The notes beneath the pieces were generated by a model. It had not been told where the DNA came from, did not search any database, and saw only the letters and a program-made list of their open reading frames with translations. A program made the translations under genes and the position numbers. A stretch of 63,211 bases of DNA, counting the filler, from Octopus bimaculoides (Eukaryota), in the NCBI RefSeq assembly GCF_001194135.2. It is 6 parts of 6 records of this genome, joined end to end, with 100 filler letters (N's around TTAATTAATTAA, not from the genome) between each part and the next. Parts side by side here need not be neighbours in the genome. Positions count along the whole stretch, not along the records: positions 1 to 28,100 come from NC_068988.1; 5 more parts are not named here. One strand, written 5' to 3'. Numbering within the stretch: position 1 is the first letter of the stretch; each line of letters opens with the position of its first letter. Below are positions 12,991-22,837 of the stretch, piece by piece.

Positions 12991-13236
12991 TTATGTTTTG
13001 GGTTCAAATCCTGCCGAGGTTAATTTTTGCTTTCGATGTAGTCACTTGATTTGATCACTGTTACAACTACTATATCTCCCTCAACATATTCCACATTAAA
13101 ATTACTGTTGTGTTACCAGCGTTTCATTTCATTGCTATAATGTACAGGAGAATAAGGGCTTTGGGCTGGCAGAATAGTTAGAACATCAGACAAAATGCAG
13201 AAGCTTTTCTTTCAGCTTCACATGCCAACTTCAAAA

Positions 13237-13562
13237 ATCGACCCCAGGACTTATTCTTTGTGAGCCTAGTACTTATTCTATCGGATCTCTTTTGCCGAAC
13301 CGCTAAGTTACGGGGATGCAAACACACCTGCATCGGTTGTCAAGCGATGTTGGGGGGGGGGACAAACACAGACACACACATACATATACATATATATGAC
13401 GGGCTTCTTTCAGTTTCCGTCTACCAAATCCACTCACAAGGCTTTGGTCGGCCCGAGGCTATAGTAGAAGACACTTACCCAAGGTGCCACGGAGTGGGAC
13501 TGAACCCGGAACGATGTCGTTCATAAGCAAGCTACTTACCTTACATCCACTCCTATGCCTAT
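13237..13562 (-). mobile_element. SINE family A
   Basis: Reverse complement of the family A head and body. Confidence 0.85.
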
Positions 13563-13567
13563 ATAAA

Positions 13568-14039
13568 ATCATCATCATCATTTAACGTCTGTTTTCCTGG
13601 ATAGTTTGATTGGAGTTGGTAAGGCGAGGGTCTGCACCAGGCACCGTTGTCTGTTCTGGCATGATTTCTATGGCTGGATGCCCTTCCTAACACCAACCAC
13701 TCCACTGAGAGTATTGGGTGCTTTTTATGTGGCATCAGCATCAGTGCTTTTAATGTGGCATATATATATATATATATATATGCTCCTGTGCAGGTGGCAC
13801 GTAAAAGACACCATTTGAGTGTGGCCGTTGCCAGTACCGCTTGACTGGCCTTCGTGCCGGTGGGAGGTAAAAGCACCCACTACACTCTTGGAGTGGTTGG
13901 CATTAGGAAGGACATCCAGCTGTAGAAACTCTGCCAAATCAGATTGGATACTGGTGTAGCCATCTGGTTTCACCAGTCCCCAGTCAAATCGTCCAACCCA
14001 TGCTAGCATGGAAAGCGGACATTAAACGATGATGATGAT
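13568..14039. mobile_element. Palindromic non-autonomous element with (ATC)n/(GAT)n ends and a central (TA)n
   Basis: Terminal IR 13568-13597 / 14010-14039 and inner IR 13665-13703 / 13890-13929. Degenerate relatives at about 18760-18965 and 21110-21180. Confidence 0.75.
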
Positions 14040-14579
14040 ATATATATATATATATATGCATGTGTGTCTGTATGTATGGATGGAGTTGGTTATAACGTCT
14101 TCTTTATTTCAAGCAGCAATTGAGATGCATCTCACAATGCTGCAGCAAGAATCTCTGTCCATCAGCATTGGAAGATTTTTAATTTACATATTGTGTGTCT
14201 CTGCTATGTGCCATATTTTCTGGCACACAAGTGAATGTAGTATGTGGCATAAACATTCAAACATCTTCACTATTTTTCCAAACCCTGCTGCATTTCACAT
14301 TGAATTTTTTTGGCCCTCCAAAATTTTTATTTTTGTACAAGTCAATCTATCTTTTACGGTTGTAAATTTTGGTCTGAAAAATTTGACTTGTAAGCCAGAA
14401 AATGCAGTAGCTGAGTGATCTTCATCCTCTCTTTAGGTTATGGGAACCACCAAAATATAACAACTGCTATGGTCTGTTGTTTAAGCATAATAGCAGTGGA
14501 CAGCAAAGCTTACACTGCATTTAGCAACAATATTTTGTTTGTCACTGTTATTTATGACATCGTTCGTGTGTTTGTACTG

Positions 14580-14775
14580 GTTTTAGCTTTAGGGTTTTAG
14601 GGTTAGGGTTCGGGTTTTAGAGTTAGGGTTAGTTTTAGGATTACGGTTAGGGTTATGATTATTTTTGCCATAACCTTAACTCTAACCCTATAACTCATAA
14701 CCATAACCCCAACCCTTTCCCCAACCCTAACCCTAAAACCCGAACCCTAACCCTAAAACCCTAAACCCTTACTAG
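14580..14775. repeat. Inverted degenerate telomere-like array (TTAGGG/TTTTAGGG/TTCGGG)
   Basis: agggttttagggttagggttcgggttttag on the left pairs with ctaaaacccgaaccctaaccctaaaaccct on the right. Confidence 0.8.
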
Positions 14776-14834
14776 GGAATAATGATATAACTAAACAGGT
14801 AATAACACACATGACACCGAACAGCAGTAACTGT

Positions 14835-15034
14835 ATTCAGCTGAATAGACGTCAGTGATTGGTTGAAATTACAGAAATACGACAACTTTAACATGAAATA
14901 ATTTGCGATGTATAATTTTTTGTTAAGAAGGTTAAGAGAAGAAGTTGTTTTATATGACACATTCTACCAGTGTCCCAAGATTGAAAGCGTTTCGTTAAGA
15001 AAACAAGTGTTGCCCGTCAAATCAGAAAGATCCC
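14835..15034. mobile_element. Partial second copy (right arm) of the 3071-3640 MITE family
   Basis: Shares gacgtcagtgattggttgaaattacagaaatacgacaactttaacatg and tatatgacacattctaccagtg with 3448-3640, and ends in a degenerate TIR ...agaaagatccc. Confidence 0.8.
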
Positions 15035-15250
15035 AAGGCTGGCCCTTTGAAATACAGGTACAACAGAAACAGGAAGAAAGTTGTGGTGAAAGAGTACAGC
15101 AGTGTTCGCCACCATCCTCTGCCGGAGCTTCGTGGAGCTTTTAGGTGTTTTTGCTCAATAAACACTCACAGTGCCCGGTCTGGGAATTGAAACCACGATC
15201 CGATGACCACGAGTCCGCTGCCTTAACCACTGGGCCATTGTGCCTCCACA
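15035..15250 (-). mobile_element. SINE family C (3'-truncated)
   Basis: Intact head ending ...cattgtgcctccac. A degenerate + copy lies at about 40225-40490. Confidence 0.8.
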
Positions 15251-15555
15251 GCAACAATATTACAGAGGAGTGAAATGCATATTGCTCACATTCATTGCAA
15301 CACACTGTTAAAATGATAGATATATTATTTAGTACATTGTTTTTTTTTCAAATATAGGCACAAGGACTGAAATTTGGGGAGAAGAGGGTTAGATGATTGA
15401 AATGTTCCCGGTATTTGGCTGGTGCTTATTTTATCAACCCAAGAAGAATGATGAAAGGTGAAGCTGACCTTGTTGCAGTCCTCTTGCTTAACAGTTCCTG
15501 TAGTACCATCCAGTCCATATCAGCACAGAAAAATGGACATTAAATGATGATGATC

Positions 15556-15607
<52 letters not shown>

Positions 15608-16042
15608 TAGCCACCTTCTGGCAACTTTTTTGTCTTATAAAGGATAAATACACAATCTTTCTCTACTGTCCTCACAGCTTTACTGTGCTCAAAATTTACA
15701 TTTTTGTTTGCAATATATATATATATATATTGATGTGTAATTTGTAAGATCCAAGGATCTAGGTGTAGGAAGTTAGTAAGTTTTGAGCAGTCTGTGGTAG
15801 GTATAAAAAAAATAAACTGTCAGGAACAATAGTAATTTATTGACGTTGAATGTTGTTGACTTTTCTCCATATCAAAGTTCGATGAAATGAAAAATGTTTT
15901 TTTATAGTTCAGTTAGCAATGAGGGTTGTTATGAATGCAAATAAAAATCCAAGTCGAGGGAATGGGAGCTGGTAAAACTAGTGTTTGTGTGTGAGTGTAT
16001 ATATTTTATGTATGTATATCTTATTGTTCTCTTTTTTTGCAG

Positions 16043-16225
16043 GAATGCAATGATACTGAGCGTGATGCCGCTGAAATGTTACTCTCCCTCACTTCGAGAG
16101 ACAACCGGCTTATGTACCACCACAACCCACCCTGTACACCCCCTGATGTCAGTAGCTCAGTCATTAATCCAATCAATGGCACTAATGATATTGTTTATGC
16201 GCGTAACTCATCCAGACTGGAGCAG
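16043..16225 (+). CDS. KLF10/11: KLF10/11-like transcription factor, coding exon 2 (Sin3-interaction helix)
   Basis: Acceptor ctttttttgcAG (16041-16042) and donor CAG|GTAAG after 16225. 183 bp, phase 0/0. Encodes ECNDTERDAAEMLLSLTSRD...NPPCTPPD: a SID-like AAExLxS helix plus the CxTPP motif of TIEG proteins. Confidence 0.88.
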
Positions 16226-16294
16226 GTAAGAAGACATTTTTATTAGTGACTGTATGTTTCTTTGTTTTGTCTACTCATAGACTTCAGTCTTTAT

Positions 16295-16329
<35 letters not shown>

Positions 16330-16334
16330 GTTGT

Positions 16335-17195
16335 TATTAAAAAGGGTTGACGTAACTCTTTCTCAAGTTCAAACCAAAAGAACAGCCGCAAGAGAGGTAA
16401 GCCCTGTTCATTGTGCAACAACATGAGTGAAGTGAATACCATCAAAAATCATAATAGAAATGTTATGATTTATACAGAAGGGGGAACCTGCAAAGATTCC
16501 CATTTAGTGTACGGTGCAGAATGCACAAAACATAACTTGATTTATGTTGGTTGTACAACGGAACAATTAAACAAAAGGTTTAATGGGCACAGATTCGACG
16601 TCAGGCACAAGAACAGTAGTTCAACAGAACTTGCTGAACGTTTCGTTTCAAGCGGCTGCNNNNNNNNNNNNNNNNNNNNNNNNNNNNNNNNNNNNNNNNN
16701 NNNNNNNNNNNNNNNNNNNNNNNNNNNNNNNNNNNNNNNNNNNNNNNNNNNNNNNNNNNNNNNNNNNNNNNNNNNNNNNNNNNNNNNNNNNNNNNNNNNN
16801 NNNNNNNNNNNNNNNNNNNNNNNNNNNNNNNNNNNNNNNNNNNNNNNNNNNNNNNNNNNNNNNNNNNNNNNNNNNNNNNNNNNNNNNNNNNNNNNNNNNN
16901 NNNNNNTATACAAAACTGTTTGATTGAATATTCTTCTTTCTCTCTTTTTCTTTTCTTTTTCTGTTGTCTTCTTTTTTCTTTCTTTCTTTCTTTCTGCTTA
17001 TTAAAAAACTGACAAAAGCTGATGATGTCATTCTATCAACGTATGGACGCTGATTACTCACGTTCATAGTTTACGTTTGGTTTCTGAAATTTTGAATTTT
17101 CAATCAATTTTTGGTTTGAACTTGAGAAAGACAGACGTTCTGTCGAAATATTGTTCAAAGAATAAAACATCTAAAATTGCACTCTTCGTCTTGAC
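16335..17195 (+). mobile_element. 5'-truncated Penelope-like element (GIY-YIG endonuclease fragment plus terminal repeat) in KLF intron 2
   Basis: ORF 16411 has HLVYGAEC...LIYVGCTTEQLNKRFNGHR, the GIY-YIG pattern of PLEs. 3' end has a hammerhead-like fold and AATAAA. An inverted terminal fragment lies at about 16357-16380. About 250 N inside. Confidence 0.85.
17115..17159 (+). ncRNA. Minimal type-I hammerhead ribozyme fold, U3-A8 core variant
   Basis: TTTGAAC / TTGAGAA / A / GACAGA-CGT-TCTGTC / GAAA / TATT / GTTCAAA: 7-bp stem I, 6-bp stem II, palindromic AATATT stem III. Activity untested. Confidence 0.65.
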
Positions 17196-17226
<31 letters not shown>

Positions 17227-17228
<2 letters not shown>

Positions 17229-17440
17229 GGTGGCGAGTTTGGCAGAATTGTGAACATGTCAGGCAAAATGCTTTGCGGCATTTCGTCTGCCCTTATGTTC
17301 TGAGCTCCACCGAGGTCAATTTTGCCTTTCATCCTTTCGTGGTTGATAAGCTAAGTACCAGTGAGACACTGGGATCCATGTAATGGACTAGTCCCCTCCC
17401 CAAAATTTTAGGCCTTGTACCTATAGCAGAAAGGATTACT
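17227..17440 (+). mobile_element. SINE family B (KLF intron 2)
   Basis: Family B head, body and ggccttgtacctatagcagaaaggatt tail. Confidence 0.8.
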
Positions 17441-17958
17441 GTTACTGCCAAAGGCAATGAAAATTACTTAGTAAATTCGTTATGGTCTTAAGTTCTTATT
17501 TGCATGTGAGTGTATTAATATAGTGTTATACATTTCGGCCCTAAGGCTGTGGCCATACTGGAACACTGCCAGTGTGATCACTTTTTCAATGGCCAGTATT
17601 AGATGATCGGCTTTTGGTGAAGAAGGGAGTTCGACACTGCTGCCCAGTTTCCTGCTATGATATAGGGTCATCTGGGACCTTGGACAGTAGGAGGTCAAGT
17701 TGTTTCTACTCCATGAAGATCTGTCAGATGTTTTGGCAAGGCATTAAATAGCTATGGGCCCTTGAATCCTAAGCTATTGCAATACATGATCCTCACTCTA
17801 ATAGACAGGATAGCTAGGATGTGAATGAGTTTGTGTATGTATATAAATTTATATGGGTAATGTGTGTGTGGTGGGGTGTAATAGAAACGTTGATTGAGTA
17901 TATTCCATACAGTGTTCTCCAATAATGACGCTTCACTATATTTATTTTACCATTACAG

Positions 17959-18670
17959 CTTCTCAACGGTGAAAAGAACCCATCCAACAGAATCTCTGTT
18001 ATAAAGAACTACACCATCTCATCTCTGTGTGACGTTCAAAAGTTACCGTCATCTGAAGACAGAACAAAATCTGCTGCTATACCAAAATCTGTGATCACCA
18101 GCACAGGCAATGTGAACTATAGAGCTGTCAGTAACTCACTGAACACCTCCTTATCTCCTTCATCTACCCTTCCAGAGGATAAGGGTCGTGCTTTTGCCAC
18201 ACTTCAGTCAAACCCTGTAACTCCTCTCAAAAACAATATTCCTGTATATGCTCCAGAAAGTGCACCACCCACTGCAATTCCTGGGCCAGCCCAAGCTGTT
18301 GTAGTAGTACCTGATACAATGTGTAATATACCTTCGGCTGCCACCATTAGTGCTGCTAATACTACAACTGCAGCCCCTCCTATTCCTGCAAATCAAGCAA
18401 TCTTACTGTACCCTGGAAATTACCCACCCCAGCTGGCTATAAACATAGTGTTTCTTCAAGTGAACAAGAATTCCAAGGATTTTCCTGAGAGAACCCTTGC
18501 TGACAAACTGTGCCCAATTGCTCCAGCCCCTGCTCCAGGAGTCCCCAATAAGAACTTTTCCAACCATTTTTCAGATTGTAAACAAAAAAAGCATGTTTGT
18601 CCATATGCCAACTGTGGCAAGTCGTACAAGAAGAGTTCACATCTAAAGACCCACATCAGGAACCACACAG
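17959..18670 (+). CDS. KLF10/11: KLF10/11-like, coding exon 3 (Pro/Thr-rich repression region plus zinc finger 1)
   Basis: Acceptor ttttaccattacAG|CTT, open and in frame with ORF 18091. Contains SVI(K/T) motifs, KLCPIAPAPAP (cf. KLF10 RLSPIAPAP) and CPYANCGKSYKKSSHLKTHIRNH. Donor ACAG|GTAAGT after 18670 (phase 1). Confidence 0.93.
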
Positions 18671-19725
18671 GTAAGTGGCTTTTACTTGCCAAAAGTAATT
18701 TTCTTCAAATTTGATGGGGTCTTTGTCTTCTCATTACTACGCCTCCCTCAGCTTTGGTGTACTTTGTCTTGTTTCATGTTACTTGATGACCTCACCAATG
18801 CCGGTGCTACATAAAAAGCTCTCAATATACTCTGTAATGGGCATCTAGTCATAGATCCTGCCAAAGCAGATATAAGAGCTTGGTGTAGTCCTCTGTTTAA
18901 CTGGCTCCAGTCAAACCATCCAAACTTTGCCAGCATAGAAAACGGATGCGAAATGGTGATGATGATATTTCTGTTTTAAAACTATTCCTTCTATTGTTCT
19001 TAAGGCTAGTATTCAATTGTTACAAAAGTATAACAGTACCTAAAAAATAAAAAGGGGAAACACTAGTGTGATGCAGTAGAAGTTTAGCAAATTCTGAAAC
19101 TTGTAGTACCTGCCTACTGAACCATAGAGCCAAAGAGATCTGTATCTTGAACTTCTGTAGTAGTTGAAGACAGAAAAGGCATTGTTTCCAGGGACAAAAA
19201 AATACTACCATACCCCTACACTACATACATACATAACACTTAACTGCTCAACGAAACTGTATGGTCAAGAGTACCAAAATATGAGTTACATATTAACACA
19301 TTCATTGCCATATTCCTGGAGCCTAGCAGCAGGTATAAAAAAGGGGGAATTTGACAAGACAGTCAGTCGGACGCTGACACTCGTTGATGCTGCATCGAAG
19401 AGGCCAGGGAATAGAAGAAAGAAGACATGCACCCAACACCAGAGCTGAAGACACCTCCGAAAGTGGGGGGGGGGGCGCCACGTCAAAACGGTAGAGGAGT
19501 AGGGGCCGAAACCGGACGTGGTTCCTCCTGATGATGTCTTGAGCTAACTGGATCCTATAAAGGAGCTGTTGTGGTAGCAGACCACGAAACATGGTTGAAA
19601 TTCCTACCTTTGTTACATTTAATTTTGAAAATAATGAAGAATTTACTAAAATAACTTTATTCTTACGAAGCTGGTGATTGAAACTTTATCTGAAATTTTG
19701 ATGGAAGGTTTTAATTTAGATCACT

Positions 19726-19930
19726 TTAAACTCTTTGGCATTTACATTACTATGTCAAATGTATTGCTTATTTATTCACATTTTGAATTAATTGTAAATT
19801 ATCTTGTAGCTTATAGATTTCAGTGATGTGATTGTTTAATTTTTTTTAGAATGACATTATAGGATAAGTGTGAGAGGCCAAATCTGGCCAGCTTGAACAT
19901 ATAGCAGTTAGAATATTTTGGTCAGATATT
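19726..19930. mobile_element. Truncated copy of the piggyBac-type MITE (KLF intron 3)
   Basis: Shares tcaaatgtattgcttatttattcacatt and gacattataggata with 21651-21880. Confidence 0.65.
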
Positions 19931-20158
19931 CTACTTTACCTTTCATCCTTTTGGGGGTTGAAAAAATAAGTTACCAGTCAAGCATTGGCGGTTGACGAAA
20001 TCAACATATTCCCTCCTTGAAATTGCTGGCCTTGACCAAAATTTGAATTATTATTATTTAAATCAGTGAGCTGGTAGAATCATTAACACACCGGATAACA
20101 TGATTTGTGACATTTTGTCCATCTTCACATTCTGAGTTCAAACACCGCTAAAGTCAAC

Positions 20159-20365
20159 TTTACTCTTTTACTCTTTTACTTGTTTCAGTCATTTGACTGC
20201 GGCCATGCTGGGCCACCGCCTTTTAGTCGAGCAACTCGACCCCAGGACTTATTCTTTGTAAGCCTAGTACTTATTCTATCGGTCTCTTTTTGCCGAACCG
20301 CCAAGTTACAGGGACGTAAACACACCAGCATCGGTTGTCAAGCGAAGCTGGGGGGACTAACACAG

Positions 20366-20412
<47 letters not shown>

Positions 20413-20552
20413 TACGACGGGCTTCTTTCAGTTTCTGTCTACCAAATCCACTCACAAGGCTTTGGTCGGCCCAAGGCTATAGTAGAAGACACTTGCCCAA
20501 GGTGCCACGCAGTGGGACTGAACCCAGAACCATGTGGTTGGTAAGCAAGCTA
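20159..20552 (-). mobile_element. SINE family A, nested in an older family B SINE (KLF intron 3)
   Basis: Reverse complement of 9941-10341. Family B halves flank it at about 20060-20160 and 20553-20650. Confidence 0.85.
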
Positions 20553-20698
20553 CAATCAATAAAATAAGTCAGTTACACTGGGGTTGATGTAACTGACTTA
20601 ACCCCACCCACGAAATTGATAGCCTTGTGCCAAAATTTGAAACCATTATTATTAATAATTGTTATTTACATTTCACTTTTACTTCCTCTCTTCTCCAG

Positions 20699-20934
20699 GT
20701 GAAAAACCATTCAAGTGTGACTGGGTGAACTGCAAACAGCAGTTTGCACGGTCTGATGAACTCACACGGCACAAAAGAGCACATACAGGTGAAAAGAATT
20801 TCAAGTGTCACATATGTGGACGTTGCTTTGTGCGATCTGATCACCGTACCAAACATGTGAAGACACATAACAAACAGAAATCTCAGTCAAGCAACATCAG
20901 CAGCAACAGTTTCAATACCCCTCACATCTCATAA
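20699..20934 (+). CDS. KLF10/11: KLF10/11-like, terminal coding exon (zinc fingers 2 and 3)
   Basis: Acceptor ttcctctcttctccAG|GT completes the Gly of TGEKPF. Encodes [50 protein letters not shown], stop TAA at 20932-20934. Exons 2-4 total 1131 bp = 377 codons including the stop. Confidence 0.95.
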
Positions 20935-20950
20935 AATAATATACATACAT

Positions 20951-20987
<37 letters not shown>

Positions 20988-21650
20988 AACATAAACTGTC
21001 TGATTTCGTCTAAAATGATAAACCAGAAAGTAATTCAATGAAACTGATGAAATATAAATATACATGTATGCCCATATAGATATGTATATAAATGTGTACA
21101 TCTATATACATGTCATCATCATCATCGTCATCATTGGCTTATATCTGTTTTATCATACAGGCATAGATTAGACGGGAAGGGTTTGTTCTGGTACAGTATC
21201 TCTCTACTTATTTGTAGTCTTTCATCATTTACCATACCCAATAACAGAGAAAACCCACCAGTCTATGTTGTTTTGTATGCTAAGTTAGTTGCCAGTGATG
21301 TCACAGCTGAATACCCCTCGTGTGTTACCAGATACTTCACAACATGGACTGATGAACTGACCGTGTTTAGAGAGGTTGTCTTCAAGGACTAACGTGTTTT
21401 CTCTATGAAGTTTCTGCTTTTATTCAGTTACTCTTCTCCTAGCCAGGTGACCATCGCTGCAACTTTTGAGATCCATGTCTCCTCCATGTCTTTTTTTTTT
21501 TTGTTCTGCCTGGATTTTTTAAAACTGCTGGCTGCTTTTTATATCACCAACCATTTTATAGCATTTTACCATAACATACACAGACACACACACATGTATG
21601 TGTGTATGTATGTACTGGATGCGCCAAAAAACCTCCCAGATTCACCATTC

Positions 21651-21880
21651 TTAAATCCTTTAGCATTCAGAATATTCTCTCAAATGTATTGCTTATTTAT
21701 TCACATTGTTTTGAATTAATCATGCATTAAACTTGTAGCTAAGGCATTTTCATGATGTGACTGCATAGTTTTAGAAAGACATTATAGGATAGCTGTGAGA
21801 AATCAGATCTGGACAGTTTTCACATAAAACCGGTTGAATAATCAAGCCAGATATGGCTGGTGTGAATCCTAAAGGGTTAA
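21651..21880. mobile_element. piggyBac-type MITE
   Basis: TTAA at both ends (21651-21654, 21877-21880) and inverted ends (a)tcctttagcattca / tgaatcctaaaggg. Confidence 0.7.
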
Positions 21881-22072
21881 TATATATTTCAACAGTGCAT
21901 ACACAGTGTGCACTGGGTCAAACCATACTGGTAACTAGTGAAAAAAAATTAATTCCATGGCAACACCATTATTAAATACCTAATTTTACTAGAGTCACAT
22001 CTGTAGCCATTGAAAAAAGGGAGGGGTTTTTTTTCCTGCTGCACCGTGTGTGCATGCATATGTATGAATGAA

Positions 22073-22114
<42 letters not shown>

Positions 22115-22290
22115 ATTCTACAATGCTAAGTCCCAAAATGAAGAGTGCTCTTACAAAGTGAGATATAATCACAATTTATTATTATAATTCAAAAATGTAC
22201 CACAATTCTTGGACAGAAATGCAACAACTACTTATTCTCTCATCAGGCTACAAGTTCTGTCCGTGATATGTAACATATTTGTCCAACAAC

Positions 22291-22336
<46 letters not shown>

Positions 22337-22831
22337 GGTGTAAGGAAGTAGTTGGATACTGTACTTTTTTTTTTTCCATGTAAAGTACCAAAGTGCTCAA
22401 TAGTCTCTTGTGGAGCATCTCCTAAAGAGAACATTTTATATATGTTTAATGCAGGTGTTTGTTGAATATTGCAAATTTCTGCGCTGGTTGAGGAAGCTAC
22501 AGCAATGCAAAGAAGACAGAAGTGTAAGATCTTCAACATATTTGACCTTCATTGAAACTTGCTGTTTGATGTTAACCTTCATTTCAAAACTTGACCTTAC
22601 TGTATCTGTAAAGTGAGGGCATATTGTCCCAAAGTGTAAATTTTTGTCAGTGCAGTTTGGTCTTGGTCTGGTCTGATTTTGGTTACCATACTGCTTTGCT
22701 TTTAAATTTTATTTATTTATATATTTATATTTTTGGTAGTGTGGGAGGCCCAAAATTGACCTAGCATGACATTTGACTAATGAAAGAGTAAACAAATGCA
22801 GACATTTGAAACTATGACTGATTGGCATTAT

Positions 22832-22837
22832 AATAAA
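22832..22837 (+). promoter_or_regulatory. Candidate polyadenylation signal for KLF (3' UTR about 1.9 kb)
   Basis: AATAAA followed by a T-rich tract. AU-rich TTATTTATTTAT at 22709-22720 lies upstream. Confidence 0.3.

Noticed and set aside
17019-17060. CTGATGA within the Penelope fragment
   Set aside because: No downstream GAAA or stem I partner, so not a hammerhead.
19323-19592. GC-richer segment in KLF intron 3 with an 89-aa minus ORF and an LTR-like TATAAAAAAGGGGG
   Set aside because: No recognisable domain, TG...CA ends or TSD. Probably a TE fragment, left unclassified.
21183-21500. Coding-looking stretch after the KLF stop (+ ORF 69 aa; minus frame ...VHVVKYLVTHEGY...)
   Set aside because: The minus frame has stops and only a vague likeness to transposase segments. 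No splice sites or homology I can support.
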